A stretch of DNA of 64,000 nt from an uncultured Candidatus Rokubacteria bacterium (GTDB lineage Bacteria; Methylomirabilota; Methylomirabilia; Rokubacteriales; CSP1-6): contig CAVVEU010000024.1 in the NCBI GenBank assembly GCA_963747235.1, forward strand, positions 672,001 to 736,000. Direction: 5' to 3'. Positions 41,663 to 52,820 of the stretch are shown here, in pieces; within the stretch, counting starts at the first letter, position 1; each line of letters begins with the position of its first letter. The position numbers were made by a program, and so were the translations under genes. The notes below the pieces were generated by a model. That model saw nothing but the letters and a program-made list of their open reading frames with translations. It did no database searches and was not told the origin of the DNA.

Positions 41663-42877
41663 ATGCGTGTCCCCCGTCTCCTGTCCCTCATGGCGGCCGC
41701 CCTCTTGCTCACGCTCGGGGCCGGCTCCGCCACGGCCCAGGCGCCGATCAAGCTCGGCGACATCAACACCTATAGCGGCATCGGCGCGCCGTTCACCGGG
41801 CCCTACCGCGTCGGCGTCGAGATGGCCGTCGAGGAGATCAACGCCAAGGGAGGCGTGCTCGGCCGCAAGGTCGAGGTCCTGTTCCGCGACGACAAGGCCC
41901 AGCCCGCGGAGGCGGTCAAGCACGCCCAGGAGCTGGTCGAGTCCGACAAGGTCGCGATGATCACCGGGAGCTTCCTCTCCAACGTGGGGCTCGCGGTCTC
42001 GGACTGGGCCAAGCAGAACAAGACCATGTTCCTGGCCTCCGAGTCGCTGACCGAGGCGCTCACCTGGTCCAAGGGGCACGACCACGCGGTGCGCCTGCGC
42101 CCCAACACCTACGAGCAGGGGCGCATGCTGGCCGACAAGGCCGGCAAGATGAAGTACGTGAAGTGGGCCACCATCGGCCCCAACTACGAGTACGGCAAGC
42201 GGGCGTGGGAGACCTTCCGGGACCGGCTCAAGGAGCTGAAGCCCGACGTGCAGATGGTGGGCGAGCACTGGCCGACGCTCGGCAAGATCGAGCCGGGCCC
42301 GCTCGTCACCGCGATCCTGAACCAGAACCCGGACGCGCTCTACGTCTCGCTCTTCGGCAGCGACTGGCTCGCGTTCGTGCGCGAGGCCGGCAAGCGCGGG
42401 CTCTTCCAGAAGATGTTCGTGGTCGGCATCCTGCTCGGCGAGCCCGAGTACATCGACCCGCTGAAGCTCGAGGCGCCCGAGGGCATGCTGGTCACCGGCT
42501 ATCCCTGGTACGACGTGAAGACCGCCGGGCACCAGGAGTGGGTGGCGCGCTACATCAAGCGCGGCGACAAGACGCCGGTGCTCGGCTCGCTCATCGGCTA
42601 CATCACCTACCTGTCGGTGGCCGAGGCCATCAAGAAGGCGGGCAGCACCGAGACGCCCAAGCTGGTGGCCGCCTTCAAGGGCCTGAAGGTCGAGACCCCG
42701 ATGGGGCCGATCATGTTCCGCGCCGCCGACGGGCAGTCCACGATGGGCGCGTGGGTGGGGACGACCAAGCTCGATCCCCAGCGCGGCGTCGGCATCATGG
42801 TGAACCACGAGTACGTGCCGGGCGAGAAGGTGCTGCCGACCGAAGAAGAAGCCAAGAAGCTCCGCCCCGCCAATTAA
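41663..42877 (+). CDS. Branched-chain-amino-acid-type (HAAT) ABC solute-binding protein
   Basis: Sec signal, IKLGDIN, EEINAKGGVLGRK, RDD, NYEYG. Confidence 0.92.
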   Translation: MRVPRLLSLMAAALLLTLGAGSATAQAPIKLGDINTYSGIGAPFTGPYRVGVEMAVEEINAKGGVLGRKVEVLFRDDKAQPAEAVKHAQELVESDKVAMITGSFLSNVGLAVSDWAKQNKTMFLASESLTEALTWSKGHDHAVRLRPNTYEQGRMLADKAGKMKYVKWATIGPNYEYGKRAWETFRDRLKELKPDVQMVGEHWPTLGKIEPGPLVTAILNQNPDALYVSLFGSDWLAFVREAGKRGLFQKMFVVGILLGEPEYIDPLKLEAPEGMLVTGYPWYDVKTAGHQEWVARYIKRGDKTPVLGSLIGYITYLSVAEAIKKAGSTETPKLVAAFKGLKVETPMGPIMFRAADGQSTMGAWVGTTKLDPQRGVGIMVNHEYVPGEKVLPTEEEAKKLRPAN

Positions 42878-42882
42878 GACCA

Positions 42883-42936
42883 CCCCTCACTCGATCGCCC
42901 TCTCCCCCGATCCGGGGGAGCGGGCAGGGTGAGGGG
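42883..42936. repeat. REP-like element (family A, copy 2)
   Basis: gccctctcccccg-atc-cgggggagcgggc followed by agggtgagggg. Confidence 0.7.
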
Positions 42937-42948
42937 ACCGACGGCGTC

Positions 42949-44772
42949 ATGTCCCTCCTCTTCGTCCAGCTCCTGAGCGGGCTCGCCAACGCGATGTTCC
43001 TCTTCCTCATCGCGTCCGGGCTCTCGCTGATCTTCGGCGTCACCCGCATCGTCAACTTCGCCCACGGCTCCTTCTACATGCTCGCCGCCTACCTGACCTA
43101 CTCGCTGGCCGCGGCGCTGCCCGGCGGGCCGGTGGCCTTCTACGCGGCGGTGCTGCTCGCGGCGGTCGCTGGTGGCGGTGCTGGGCGGCCTGGTCGAGGT
43201 CCTGCTGCTCCGGCGCGTCTACAAGGCGCCCGAGCTCTACCAGCTCCTCCTCACCTTCGCCCTGGTGCTGGTCACCGCCGACGCGGTCCGCTATCTCTGG
43301 GGCGCCGACAACAAGACCGGCCCGAACGCGCCGGGCCTGGCCGGCTCGGTGCCGATCGCGGGCCAGCTCTTTCCCTCCTACGACCTCGCGGTCATCGCCT
43401 TCGGCCCGCTCGTGGCGCTCGGGCTCTGGCTGCTCTTCCATCGCACGCGCTGGGGCATCCTGATCCGCGCCGCCACCCAGGACCGCGAGATGGTCGCCGC
43501 GCTGGGAGTCGACCAGTCGCGGCTCTTCACCTCCGTGTTCGTGCTGGGCTCCTTCCTGGCCGGCCTGGGCGGCGCGCTCCAGGTGCCGCGGCTGGCGCTC
43601 ACCACCGTGATGGACACCTCCATCATCGTGGAGGCGTTCGTGGTGGTGGTGATCGGGGGCATGGGCTCGGTCTGGGGCGCGCTGCTCGCCTCGCTCCTCA
43701 TCGGCGTGCTCAACGCCTACGGCGTGCTGCTCCTGCCGAAGGCCGCCATCGTGCTCATCTTCGTGGTGATGGCGGTGGTGCTGGTGGTGCGGCCGTGGGG
43801 CCTGCTGGGACGGCCCGAGATCCAGCTCCGCCCGCCGGGCAGCGGCGGGGTGGCCGAGGCGCAGCCCCGGCGGTTCGGCCCGATCTGGCTCGGCGTCGGG
43901 TTGCTCGCGCTGGCCGGTCTGCCCCTGGTGCTGCCGACCTTCTGGATCTCGATCGCGGTCGAGATCTTCGCCTTCGCCCTTTTCGCGGCCAGCCTGCATC
44001 TGCTGATGTCGGTGGGCGGGATGGTATCGTTCGGCCACGCGGCCTACTTCGGCCTGGGCGCGTACGGCGCCGCGGTGCTCCTGAAGCTGGCCGGGCTGCC
44101 CATGCCCGCCGCGTTCGTGCTCGCCCCGGTGGTGGCCGGGCTGGCCGCCTGCGTGTTCGGCTACTTCTGCGTGCGGCTCACCAGCATCTACTTCGCGATG
44201 CTGACGCTCGCGTTCGCGCAGATCGTCTACGCGGTCGTGCACCAGTGGGACGACGTCACCGGGGGCGACAACGGCATGCTGAGCGTGTGGCCCGCGCGGT
44301 GGCTGGGCACGCCGAGCCGTTACTACTACTGGGCGCTCGCCGCCACCCTGGTGGGCCTGCTCCTGCTGAAGGTGGTCACCGCCTCGCCCTTCGGGCTCAC
44401 GCTGCGCGCGGTGCGCGACCACGCGCGCCGCGCGGAGGCGGTGGGCGTGAACATCCGCGCGCTGCAGTGGACCGCGTTCGTGGTGGCCGGCTTCGTGGCG
44501 GGCCTCGGCGGCGCCATCTACGCCTTCCTCAAGGGCAGCGTGTTCCCGGTCTACACCGAGTCGCCGATGTCGGTGCAGCCGCTGGTGATGGTGCTGCTGG
44601 GCGGGGTGGGCTCGCCGGCCGGGCCGCTCATCGGCGCCGCGGTCTACAAGCTGCTCGATACCGTGATCACGCGCTACACCGACTACTGGCAGATCGTGCT
44701 GGGCGCGATTCTCCTGGTGCTGGTGCTGGCCTTCCCGCGCGGCATCGCGGGCATGCTCGACGGGCGGCGCTC

Positions 44773-44776
<4 letters not shown>
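42949..44776 (+). CDS. Fused LivH-LivM-type HAAT ABC permease; frameshift near 43170
   Basis: ASGLSLIFGVTRIVNFAHG, VVVIGGMGS, MVSFGHAAYFGLGAY, YFAMLTLAF, TGGDNG. Confidence 0.88.
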
Positions 44777-45533
<757 letters not shown>

Positions 45534-45537
<4 letters not shown>

Positions 45538-46232
45538 AGGACTCCCTCGAGCTGGAGGCGGTCCAGGCCGGCTACGGCCTCTCGCGCGTGCTCCACGGCG
45601 TGACGCTCTCGGCGCGCGCGGGCGAGGTGGTCTCCCTGCTGGGGCGGAACGGCGCGGGCAAGTCCACCACGCTCAAGGCCATCGTGAGCCTGGTCGAGGT
45701 GACGGGCGGCGCCATCCGCTTCGACGGGCGCGAGATCACGCGGCGGCCGACCCACGAGATCAGCCGCGTCGGGGTCGGGTACGTGCCGGAGGACCGCCGC
45801 ATCTTCGCCGATCTCACCGTCGAGGAGAACCTGACGGTGGGCGCCAAGGGCGGCGGCGTCTGGAGCGAGGCGCGGGTCTACCAGTTCTTTCCCAAGCTCC
45901 TGGAGCTGGCCGGCCGCCGGGCCGGGAGCCTCTCGGGCGGCGAGCAGCAGATGCTGACGGTGGCGCGCACCCTGATGGGCAACCCCCGCGTGCTGCTGCT
46001 GGACGAGCCGTCGGAAGGCCTGGCCCCCGTGATCGTGCGGGTCCTGGGCGACCAGATCGCCGCGCTCAAGCGGGAGGGCTTGACGATCCTGCTCTCCGAG
46101 CAGAATCTCAAGTTCGCGGCGCGGCTCGCCGACCGCGCCTACATCATCGAGAAGGGGGAGATCCGCTTCGACGGGCCCATGGCCCAGCTCATGGCCGACG
46201 AGGCGCTGCGGCGGAAGTATCTGACGGTATGA
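45534..46232 (+). CDS. HAAT ABC ATPase (LivF type)
   Basis: GRNGAGKST, YVPEDRRIF, LSGGEQQM, DEPSEGLAP, EQN. Confidence 0.93.
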
Positions 46233-46254
46233 GTTGGCGCGGGGAGCGGAACCA

Positions 46255-46290
46255 CCCCTCACCCTGCCCTCTCCCCTGAGGGGAGAGGGT
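46255..46290. repeat. REP-like element (family A, copy 3, opposite orientation)
   Basis: cccctcaccctgccctctcccct-g-aggggagagggt. Confidence 0.75.
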
Positions 46291-46311
46291 CATAGGTGTC
46301 CAGGAGGAGTC

Positions 46312-47511
46312 ATTGAGACGCTGATCAGGAACATCGGGCAGATCGTGTCGGGGGACATCGCGAAGCCCCTGCTCGACGGCGACTCGATCGCGATCGCGGA
46401 CGGCAAGATCGTGGCGGTCGGCCGGGGCCTCGACGACGACGCCGACACCGTCATCGACGCCCGGGGCAGCACGGTGGTCCCGGGCCTCATCGACTCGCAC
46501 TGCCATCCCGTGTTCGGCGACTTCACCCCGCGCCAGCGGACCATCGACTTCATCGACTCGGGTCTCCACGGCGGCATCACCACCATGATCTCGGCCGGCG
46601 AGGTGCACCTGCCCGGGCGCCCCAAGGACATCGTGGGGCTGAAGGCGCTGGCCATCGTGGCCGCCAAGTCCTACGCCAACGCGCGGCCGGCCGGCGTGAA
46701 GATGCACGCGGGCGCGCCGATCCTGGAGCTGGGCATGGTGGAGGAGGATTTCGTGGAGATGGCGAAGGCCGGCGTCAAGCTGGTGGGCGAGATCGGGCTC
46801 GGCTCGGTCAAGACCGGCAAGGACGCGGCGCCGATGGTCCGGTGGGCGAAGAAGCACGGCATGACCGTGACCATCCACACCGGCGGGCCGTCCATCGCGG
46901 GCTCCAACGCGATCAGCGGGGAGGTCGTGCTGGAGGCCGACCCCGACGTGGTCGGCCACATCAACGGCGGGACCACCGCGATGAGCGAGCGCGAGATCGA
47001 CGCGCTGGTGGCCACCCGGATGGCGCTCGAGATCGTCCACTGCGGCAACGGCAAGGCGGCGCTCCACGCCCTGCGCCGCGCCCAGGAGGCGAAGGCGACC
47101 GAGCGCATCATCATCGGCCTCGACGCGCCCTCCGGCACCGGGGTGGTGCCGCTCGGCATCCTGCGCGTGCTCGCCCACCTGGTTTCCCTCGGCGGCGTCG
47201 CCCCCGAGGAGGCGGTGTGCATGGCCACCGGCAACACCGCACGGGTCTACAAGCTGCCGGTGGGCGTGATCGCGCCGGGACGGGAAGCCGACGTCTGCAT
47301 CGTGGACGCGCCGATCGGCTCGCAGGGGCGGACCGCGCTGGAGGCGCTGCGGGTCGGCGATCTCTTCGGCGTCTCCATGATTCTCATCGACGGGCAGATC
47401 AAGATCGGGCGGAGCCGGAACACCCCGCCCGCCACGCGCGCGGCGGAGGTCGTGAAGGGCCAGGGCCCCGGCCGCGGGAGGGCACTGATGCCGCAGGAGG
47501 CCACGAGATGA
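46312..47511 (+). CDS. Enamidase-like amidohydrolase (true 3' end probably 47488 after an indel; start codon anomalous)
   Basis: GLIDSHCHPVFGDFTPRQ, SAGEVHLPGRP, VGEIGLG (bridging Glu), IHTGG, GHING, LDAPSGTG match the enamidase metal-ligand pattern; RBS AGGAGG precedes att/ttg. Confidence 0.82.
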   Translation: METLIRNIGQIVSGDIAKPLLDGDSIAIADGKIVAVGRGLDDDADTVIDARGSTVVPGLIDSHCHPVFGDFTPRQRTIDFIDSGLHGGITTMISAGEVHLPGRPKDIVGLKALAIVAAKSYANARPAGVKMHAGAPILELGMVEEDFVEMAKAGVKLVGEIGLGSVKTGKDAAPMVRWAKKHGMTVTIHTGGPSIAGSNAISGEVVLEADPDVVGHINGGTTAMSEREIDALVATRMALEIVHCGNGKAALHALRRAQEAKATERIIIGLDAPSGTGVVPLGILRVLAHLVSLGGVAPEEAVCMATGNTARVYKLPVGVIAPGREADVCIVDAPIGSQGRTALEALRVGDLFGVSMILIDGQIKIGRSRNTPPATRAAEVVKGQGPGRGRALMPQEATR

Positions 47512-48077
47512 AAATTCGCAAGCTGCTCACGGTGGTGGAGGAGATCCACGAGGACGGCGGCCGGCGCGTCGAGAAGCCGATCAGGAAGGTGGCCGCGATC
47601 GCGGTGATCGCGAATCCGTTCGCGGGCCGCTACGCGGAGGACCTTCAAGAATTGGTCAAGACCGGCGAGGAGCTGGGCGACCTGCTCGGTCGCCGCGCGG
47701 TGATGGCGCTGGGCGGGCCGGTGCACTCCTATGGCAAGGCGGCCATCGTGGGGACGGACGGCGAGTACGAGCACGCGGCGGCCATCCTGCATCCCACGCT
47801 CGGCACCCCGTTCCGCGCGCTCGTGCACGGCGGGAAGGCGATCATCCCGTCCGCCAAGAAGCTGGGCGGCCCCGGGGCCACCATCGACGTCCCGCTCCAC
47901 TACAAGGACGCGGCGTTCGTGCGCACCCACTTCGACGCGATGGAGGTGCGCGTCAACGACGCCCCTCGCGCCAACGAGATCCTGGTGGCCCTCGTCGTCA
48001 CCGACGGCGGGCGCCCGCACCCCCGCGTCGGCGGTCTCACCGTCGCCGAAGCGAAGAAAGAGGACGGACTGCGATGA
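47508..48077 (+). CDS. 'Amino acid synthesis' (AA_synth/DUF1185) family protein
   Basis: MKIRKLLTVVEEI, AVIANPFAGRY, SYGKAAIVG..GEYEH, DVPLHYKDAAFVRTHFD, GRPHPRVGG. Confidence 0.85.
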   Translation: MKIRKLLTVVEEIHEDGGRRVEKPIRKVAAIAVIANPFAGRYAEDLQELVKTGEELGDLLGRRAVMALGGPVHSYGKAAIVGTDGEYEHAAAILHPTLGTPFRALVHGGKAIIPSAKKLGGPGATIDVPLHYKDAAFVRTHFDAMEVRVNDAPRANEILVALVVTDGGRPHPRVGGLTVAEAKKEDGLR

Positions 48078-48097
48078 GCCCCCAAGGGGTCAATCAG

Positions 48098-49084
48098 ATG
48101 AAATTCGGCCTGCGCCTCCCGAGCTTCGCGCTCGGACCCAGGACCGCCTCGCTCGCCGAGATGGGCGCCTACCTGCGGCGCGCGGAGGACCTGGGCTTCG
48201 ACTGCGCGGTGTCCATCGACCACCTCCTGCTCACCCCGCCCGCCTACGCCTGCACCTGGCTCGAGCCGGTGGCGCTGCTCTCGGCCCTGGCCGGCGTGAC
48301 CCGCACGATCAAGCTCGGCACCATGGTGCTGGTCCTCCCGCTCCGCAACCCGGCCTACTTCGCCAAGGAGTGGGCCACGCTCGACCTGCTTTCGGGTGGG
48401 CGCAGCATCCTGGGCGCGGGAGTCGGCTGGCACGAGGAAGAGTTCGCGCTCATGGGCGTGCCGCACAAGGAGCGCGGGCGGCGGATGGACGAGATGCTGG
48501 AGGCGGTGACCGCGCTCTGGGCGGGCGACAATGTCACCTACGAGGGCAAGTACTACAAGTTTCGCAACCTCACGATCGATCCCAAGCCCGCGCAGAAGCC
48601 GCACCCGCCCATCTGGATCGGCGGCGGCAGCCAGCCCTTCGAGAAGGTGTACGGCCAGACCGTCACCAATATCGACCCGGTGCTGCGGCGCATCGCCAAG
48701 TACGCGAAGACCTGGGTCCCGCACTCCTCCGCCACCGCCGACATGGTCAAGGGCGACTGGGAGAAGATCCAGCGCTTCATGGGCGAGTTCGGCCGCAAGC
48801 CCGGCGACATGAACAAGGTCTACTCCAACTTCGTGTGGGTGTTGAAGAAGGGCGAGAAGCCGGAGAGCGCGATCCCGCACTTCAAGACCTACTCCGGCAT
48901 GGATCTCCCCTATTGGCGGGAGTTCTATCTTCTGGGGGAGGCGGAGGAGCTGGCCGAGAAGATCCGGGCCAAGGTCGCCAACCTCGGCGGCTGCGAGTAC
49001 ATCGTGCTGAACCCGCTCACCTGGGGGATCGACCAGCTCGAGCTGCTGGCCAACGAGGTGCTACCCCGCGTGGCGAGGCCATGA
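48098..49084 (+). CDS. LLM-class (luciferase-like) flavin- or F420-dependent oxidoreductase
   Basis: MKFG, AEDLGFD..IDH, IKLGTMVLVLPLRNP, TLDLLSGGR, GVGW, PKPAQKPHPPIWIGG. Confidence 0.9.
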   Translation: MKFGLRLPSFALGPRTASLAEMGAYLRRAEDLGFDCAVSIDHLLLTPPAYACTWLEPVALLSALAGVTRTIKLGTMVLVLPLRNPAYFAKEWATLDLLSGGRSILGAGVGWHEEEFALMGVPHKERGRRMDEMLEAVTALWAGDNVTYEGKYYKFRNLTIDPKPAQKPHPPIWIGGGSQPFEKVYGQTVTNIDPVLRRIAKYAKTWVPHSSATADMVKGDWEKIQRFMGEFGRKPGDMNKVYSNFVWVLKKGEKPESAIPHFKTYSGMDLPYWREFYLLGEAEELAEKIRAKVANLGGCEYIVLNPLTWGIDQLELLANEVLPRVARP

Positions 49085-51483
49085 ACCGGATTACCCTCTC
49101 CCCTCGGGGAGAGGGCAGGGTGAGGGGCTGAGCTCCTGTCCTCGCCTCCGCCGCGCTATCTGGGCGCGCACGTCAAGCGGGTGGAGGATCCCCGCCTGCT
49201 GGCGGGGCGGGGCCGCTTCCTCGACGACATCTCGCTGCCCGGGCTGCTGCACGCCGCCTTCGTGCGGAGCGCAGCACGCCCACGCCACGCTGCGCGTCGG
49301 TGGACACCGCCGCCGCCCGCTCGGTCGCCGGGGTGGCGCTGGCGCTGACCGGCCGCGACCTCGACGGGGTGGTCGCCCCGCTCGCGCCGCGTCTCGAGGC
49401 GCCCGGCTTCGCCGCGACCGCCTGGCCCGCGCTGCCGACCGCTCGCGTGCGCTTCGTCGGCGAGCCGGTGGCGGTGGTCGCCGCCACCACGCCCTACGCC
49501 GCGGTGGACGGCTGCGGGCTCGTCCAGGTCGAGTACGATCCGCTGCCCGCGGTGCCCGACGTGGCCACCGCGCTCGATCCCCGCGCGCCGCGCCTGCACC
49601 CCGAGCACGGCTCCAACGTGCTCTTCGAGCGCCGCGGCGGGCAGGGCGACGTGGACGGGGCGTTCGCGGCCGCCGCCGTCGTGATCCGCGAGACCTTCAC
49701 CCACGCGCGCTGCTCGGCCTCGCCGCTCGAGGGCCGCGGGGTGATCGCGCGCTGGGAGGGCGACGCGCTCACGCTCTGGACGGGCAGCCAGGTGCCGCAC
49801 GTCTTCCGGACCGGCGTCGCCCGCGCCTTCGGCCTGCCCGAGGCGCGCGTGCGCGTGATCGTGCCCGATACCGGCGGCGGCTTCGGCCAGAAGATGCACG
49901 TGATGCCCGAGGACCTGGCGGTGGCGGCGCTGGCCCGCCGCGCCGGGCGCCCGGTGAAGTGGATCGAGACCCGGCGCGAGAACCTGGCCGCGGCGGCCCA
50001 CGCCCGCGAGGCGCGCGTGGAGATCGAGGCGGCCGCCGACGCGGCCGGGGTGCTGCTGGCGCTGCGCGCGCGCCTCTGGTCGGACGCCGGCGCGTATCAC
50101 ATCTACCCGCTCACCGCCGCGCTCGAGCCGCTGGGCACCGCGTCGATCCTGCCCGGGCCGTATCGCACGCCCGCCTACGCCTTCCATCTCACCGCGCTCG
50201 CCACCACCAAGCCGCCGCTCGGCGCCTATCGCGGGGTGGGGATGACGATGGGCGCCTTCGTGATGGAGCGCACGCTGGACCTGCTCGCCGACCGGCTCGG
50301 CCTCGACCCGGCCGAGATCCGCCGCCGCAACCTGATCCCTCGCGACGCCTACCCCTTCACCTCGGCCACCGGGTTCGTCTACGATAGCGGCGATTATCCG
50401 AAGGCGCTCGAGGCGGCGCTCACGCTGGCCGGGTACGACCGGCTCACGCGCGAGCGCGAGGACGGGCGGGCGCGGGGCCGGCTGCTGGGCGTCGGCCTGG
50501 CCTGCTACACCGAGTACACGGGCATCGGCTCCGAGACGTATCGCCGGCGCGGCATGACCGACGTGCCGGGGCACGAGGCCGCGAGGGTCGAGATGGCGGC
50601 GGATGGCCGCGTCACCTGCTACGTGTCGTTTCCCTCCCAGGGCCAGGGACACGCCACCACCACCGCGCAGCTCGTCGCCGATCAGCTCGGCGTGGCGCTC
50701 GAGGCGGTCACGGTGCGGCAGCCCGACACCGAGACCGCGCCGGGCGGCACCGGCACCTTCGCGAGCCGCGGCGCCATCGCCCAGAGCGGCGCGGCCGACG
50801 CGGCGGCGGGCACGGTGCGGCGCAAGCTGCTGGCGATCGCGGGCGCGCTGCTCGAGGCGAGCCCCGCGGACCTGCTGCTGCGCGACGGGCGCGTGAGCGT
50901 GCGGGGCATGCCCGATCGCGGTGTGTCGGTGGCCGAGGTCGCGCGCCTGGCCTGCGCGCCGCCGCCGGGCGGCCTGCCCGCGGGCATGGAGCCGGGGCTC
51001 GAGGCGACCCAGTCCTTCGATCCGCCGGGGCCGACCTTCTCGGGCGCGGTGCACGTGGCCGGCGTGGAGGTGGATCCCGACACCGGGCGCGTCACGGTGC
51101 GGGAGTACACGGTCGTCGAGGACTGTGGGCCCGTGATCAACCCGATGATCGTCGAGGGGCAGATTCACGGGGCGGTGGCCCAGGGCATCGGCGAGGCGCT
51201 GGGCGAGCGCCTCGTGTACGACGAGAGCGGGCAGCTCGCGACCGGCACCCTGATGGACTATGCGCTGCCGACCGCGGGCGCGCTGCCGTTCTTCGCCATC
51301 GGCCACCTCGAGACGCCGTCGCCGCTGACGCCCGGCGGCTACAAGGGCATGGGCGAGGGCGGCACGATCGGCGCGCCCGCCGCCATCGCCAACGCGGTGG
51401 CCGACGCGATGAAGCCGCTCGGCGTGGCGATCACCGCGCTGCCGATCCTGCCCGCCGTCCTCCGGGGCGAGCGTGGACGCTAG
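49081..51483 (+). CDS. Xanthine dehydrogenase/CoxL-like molybdopterin-binding large subunit; indels near the 5' end, start uncertain
   Basis: YLGAHVKRVEDPRLLAGRGRFLDDI, VRFVGEPVAVV, TGGGFGQK, AYRGVG, SQGQGHATT, GTFASRG, EGQIHGAVAQGIG, KGMGEGG. Confidence 0.88.
49093..49127. repeat. REP-like element (family A, copy 4)
   Basis: accctctcccc-tc-ggggagagggc followed by agggtgagggg. Confidence 0.75.
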
Positions 51484-51552
51484 AAGGCGGCGGCAGCTCT
51501 ACCATCTGAATCCGGAGGCGGGCCTGGTCCCGGCCTCCGAAGGGGAGAAGAC

Positions 51553-52332
51553 ATGACGATCCTGGGACGGGCGGCGATCGCGCTGGCGTTGTGGGCGGCA
51601 ATCACGAGCGTGGGGGGCGGCCCGGCGGGCGCCGACGAGCTGAAGGTCTTCAGCGCGGGCGCGGTGCGGGCCATCGTCACCGAGCTGGCGCAGGCCTTCC
51701 AGCAGGAGACGGGGCACACCGTGACGCTCTCGTTCGGCACGGTCGGCGTCACGCGCGGCAAGCTGGCCTCCGCCGAGCCGGTGGACGTGGTCATCATGAC
51801 CGACGCGGCCATCGACGACGTGGCCAAGCAGGGCGCGGTGGTGGCGGGCAGTCGCGCCGACCTCGCGCGGACGGGCATGGGGCTCGGCGTGCGAGAGGGC
51901 GCGCCGAAACCCGACATCGCCACGTCGGAGGCGTTCAAGCAGACGCTGCTCTCCGCGAAGTCCATCGTCTACGTGGATCCCAAGCAGGGCGCCACCAGCG
52001 GCATCCACTTCGCGAGCGTGCTGGACCGGCTCGGCATCGCGGACGCGGTGAAGGGCAAGAGCCAGCTCGTGCCGGGCGGCTATCCCGCCGAGAAGGTCGC
52101 GACCGGCGAGGCCGAGGTGGTGGTGCACCAGATCAGCGAGATCGTGCCGGTGAAGGGCGTGGTGCTGGTGGGCCCGCTGCCGCCGGATCTCCAGAAGGTG
52201 ACCGTCTACTCGGCGGGCCTCGCCACGCGCAGCGCCTCGCCGGAGACCGCGCGGGCCTTCATCGCGTTCCTGACCCGGCCTGCCTTCAAGGCCAAGTTTG
52301 CCGCCGCGGGGCTTGACTACAAGCAGCCCTGA
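51553..52332 (+). CDS. ModA-like (SBP_bac_11) periplasmic binding protein
   Basis: Signal peptide, LKVFSAGA, DPKQGATSG, QISEI, GPLP. Confidence 0.8.
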   Translation: MTILGRAAIALALWAAITSVGGGPAGADELKVFSAGAVRAIVTELAQAFQQETGHTVTLSFGTVGVTRGKLASAEPVDVVIMTDAAIDDVAKQGAVVAGSRADLARTGMGLGVREGAPKPDIATSEAFKQTLLSAKSIVYVDPKQGATSGIHFASVLDRLGIADAVKGKSQLVPGGYPAEKVATGEAEVVVHQISEIVPVKGVVLVGPLPPDLQKVTVYSAGLATRSASPETARAFIAFLTRPAFKAKFAAAGLDYKQP

Positions 52333-52335
52333 GCT

Positions 52336-52639
52336 TCAAGGCTTCCGGCCGGTTGCATCGAGCACCTCCAGGCTGCGAACGCGCAGGGTGCCGACCTCGA
52401 GCTCGGCGATCTTCAGGGACCTGATCTCCGACCGGCCGACCGTCAGCCTGTGGATGGCAAGGCGTCCGATGGCGAGAGCACCGATCGCCAGCGCACCGAA
52501 TGCCAGGCTTCCGAGTGCCAGTGCGCCCGCAGCCCTCGCGCCGACCGGTCGAGACCTTACCGCCGGAGCGACCATGCCGGCCTCGGCCTGCATACGGCCA
52601 GCGTGTGACTCGTCCAGCTTCAACTCGCGCGATTCCATC
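52336..52639 (-). CDS. Small hypothetical protein with a 5-residue periodic repeat (start uncertain)
   Basis: GALAL-GSLAF-GALAI-GALAI-GRLAI-HRLTV-GRSEI-RSLKI-AELEV-GTLRV-RSLEV. Confidence 0.65.
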
Positions 52640-52820
52640 ACCGAGCCCTCCTCGAGGGTCTTTGACATGACCTCTCTGTCTACCTGGGCTTCCGCATCCA
52701 ACCCCGGGCATCTTGCAGTGAATACCACCCGTCGGCAATCGGTGCCGTTCAGCCATCCGGGACTTCACGACCGCCGTTAGCCGCCGGGTGTAGGACGTGA
52801 TTCAGTAGTAGGCTGCGGGC

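Noticed and set aside
46300-46320. Non-canonical ATT start for the enamidase
   Set aside because: A one-base error (ATG GAG, or TTG AGA ACG) explains it equally well in this error-prone sequence. It cannot be supported without reads.
49081-51483. Aerobic CO dehydrogenase
   Set aside because: Lacks the AYxCSFR loop and the coxM/coxS/coxDEFG neighbours.
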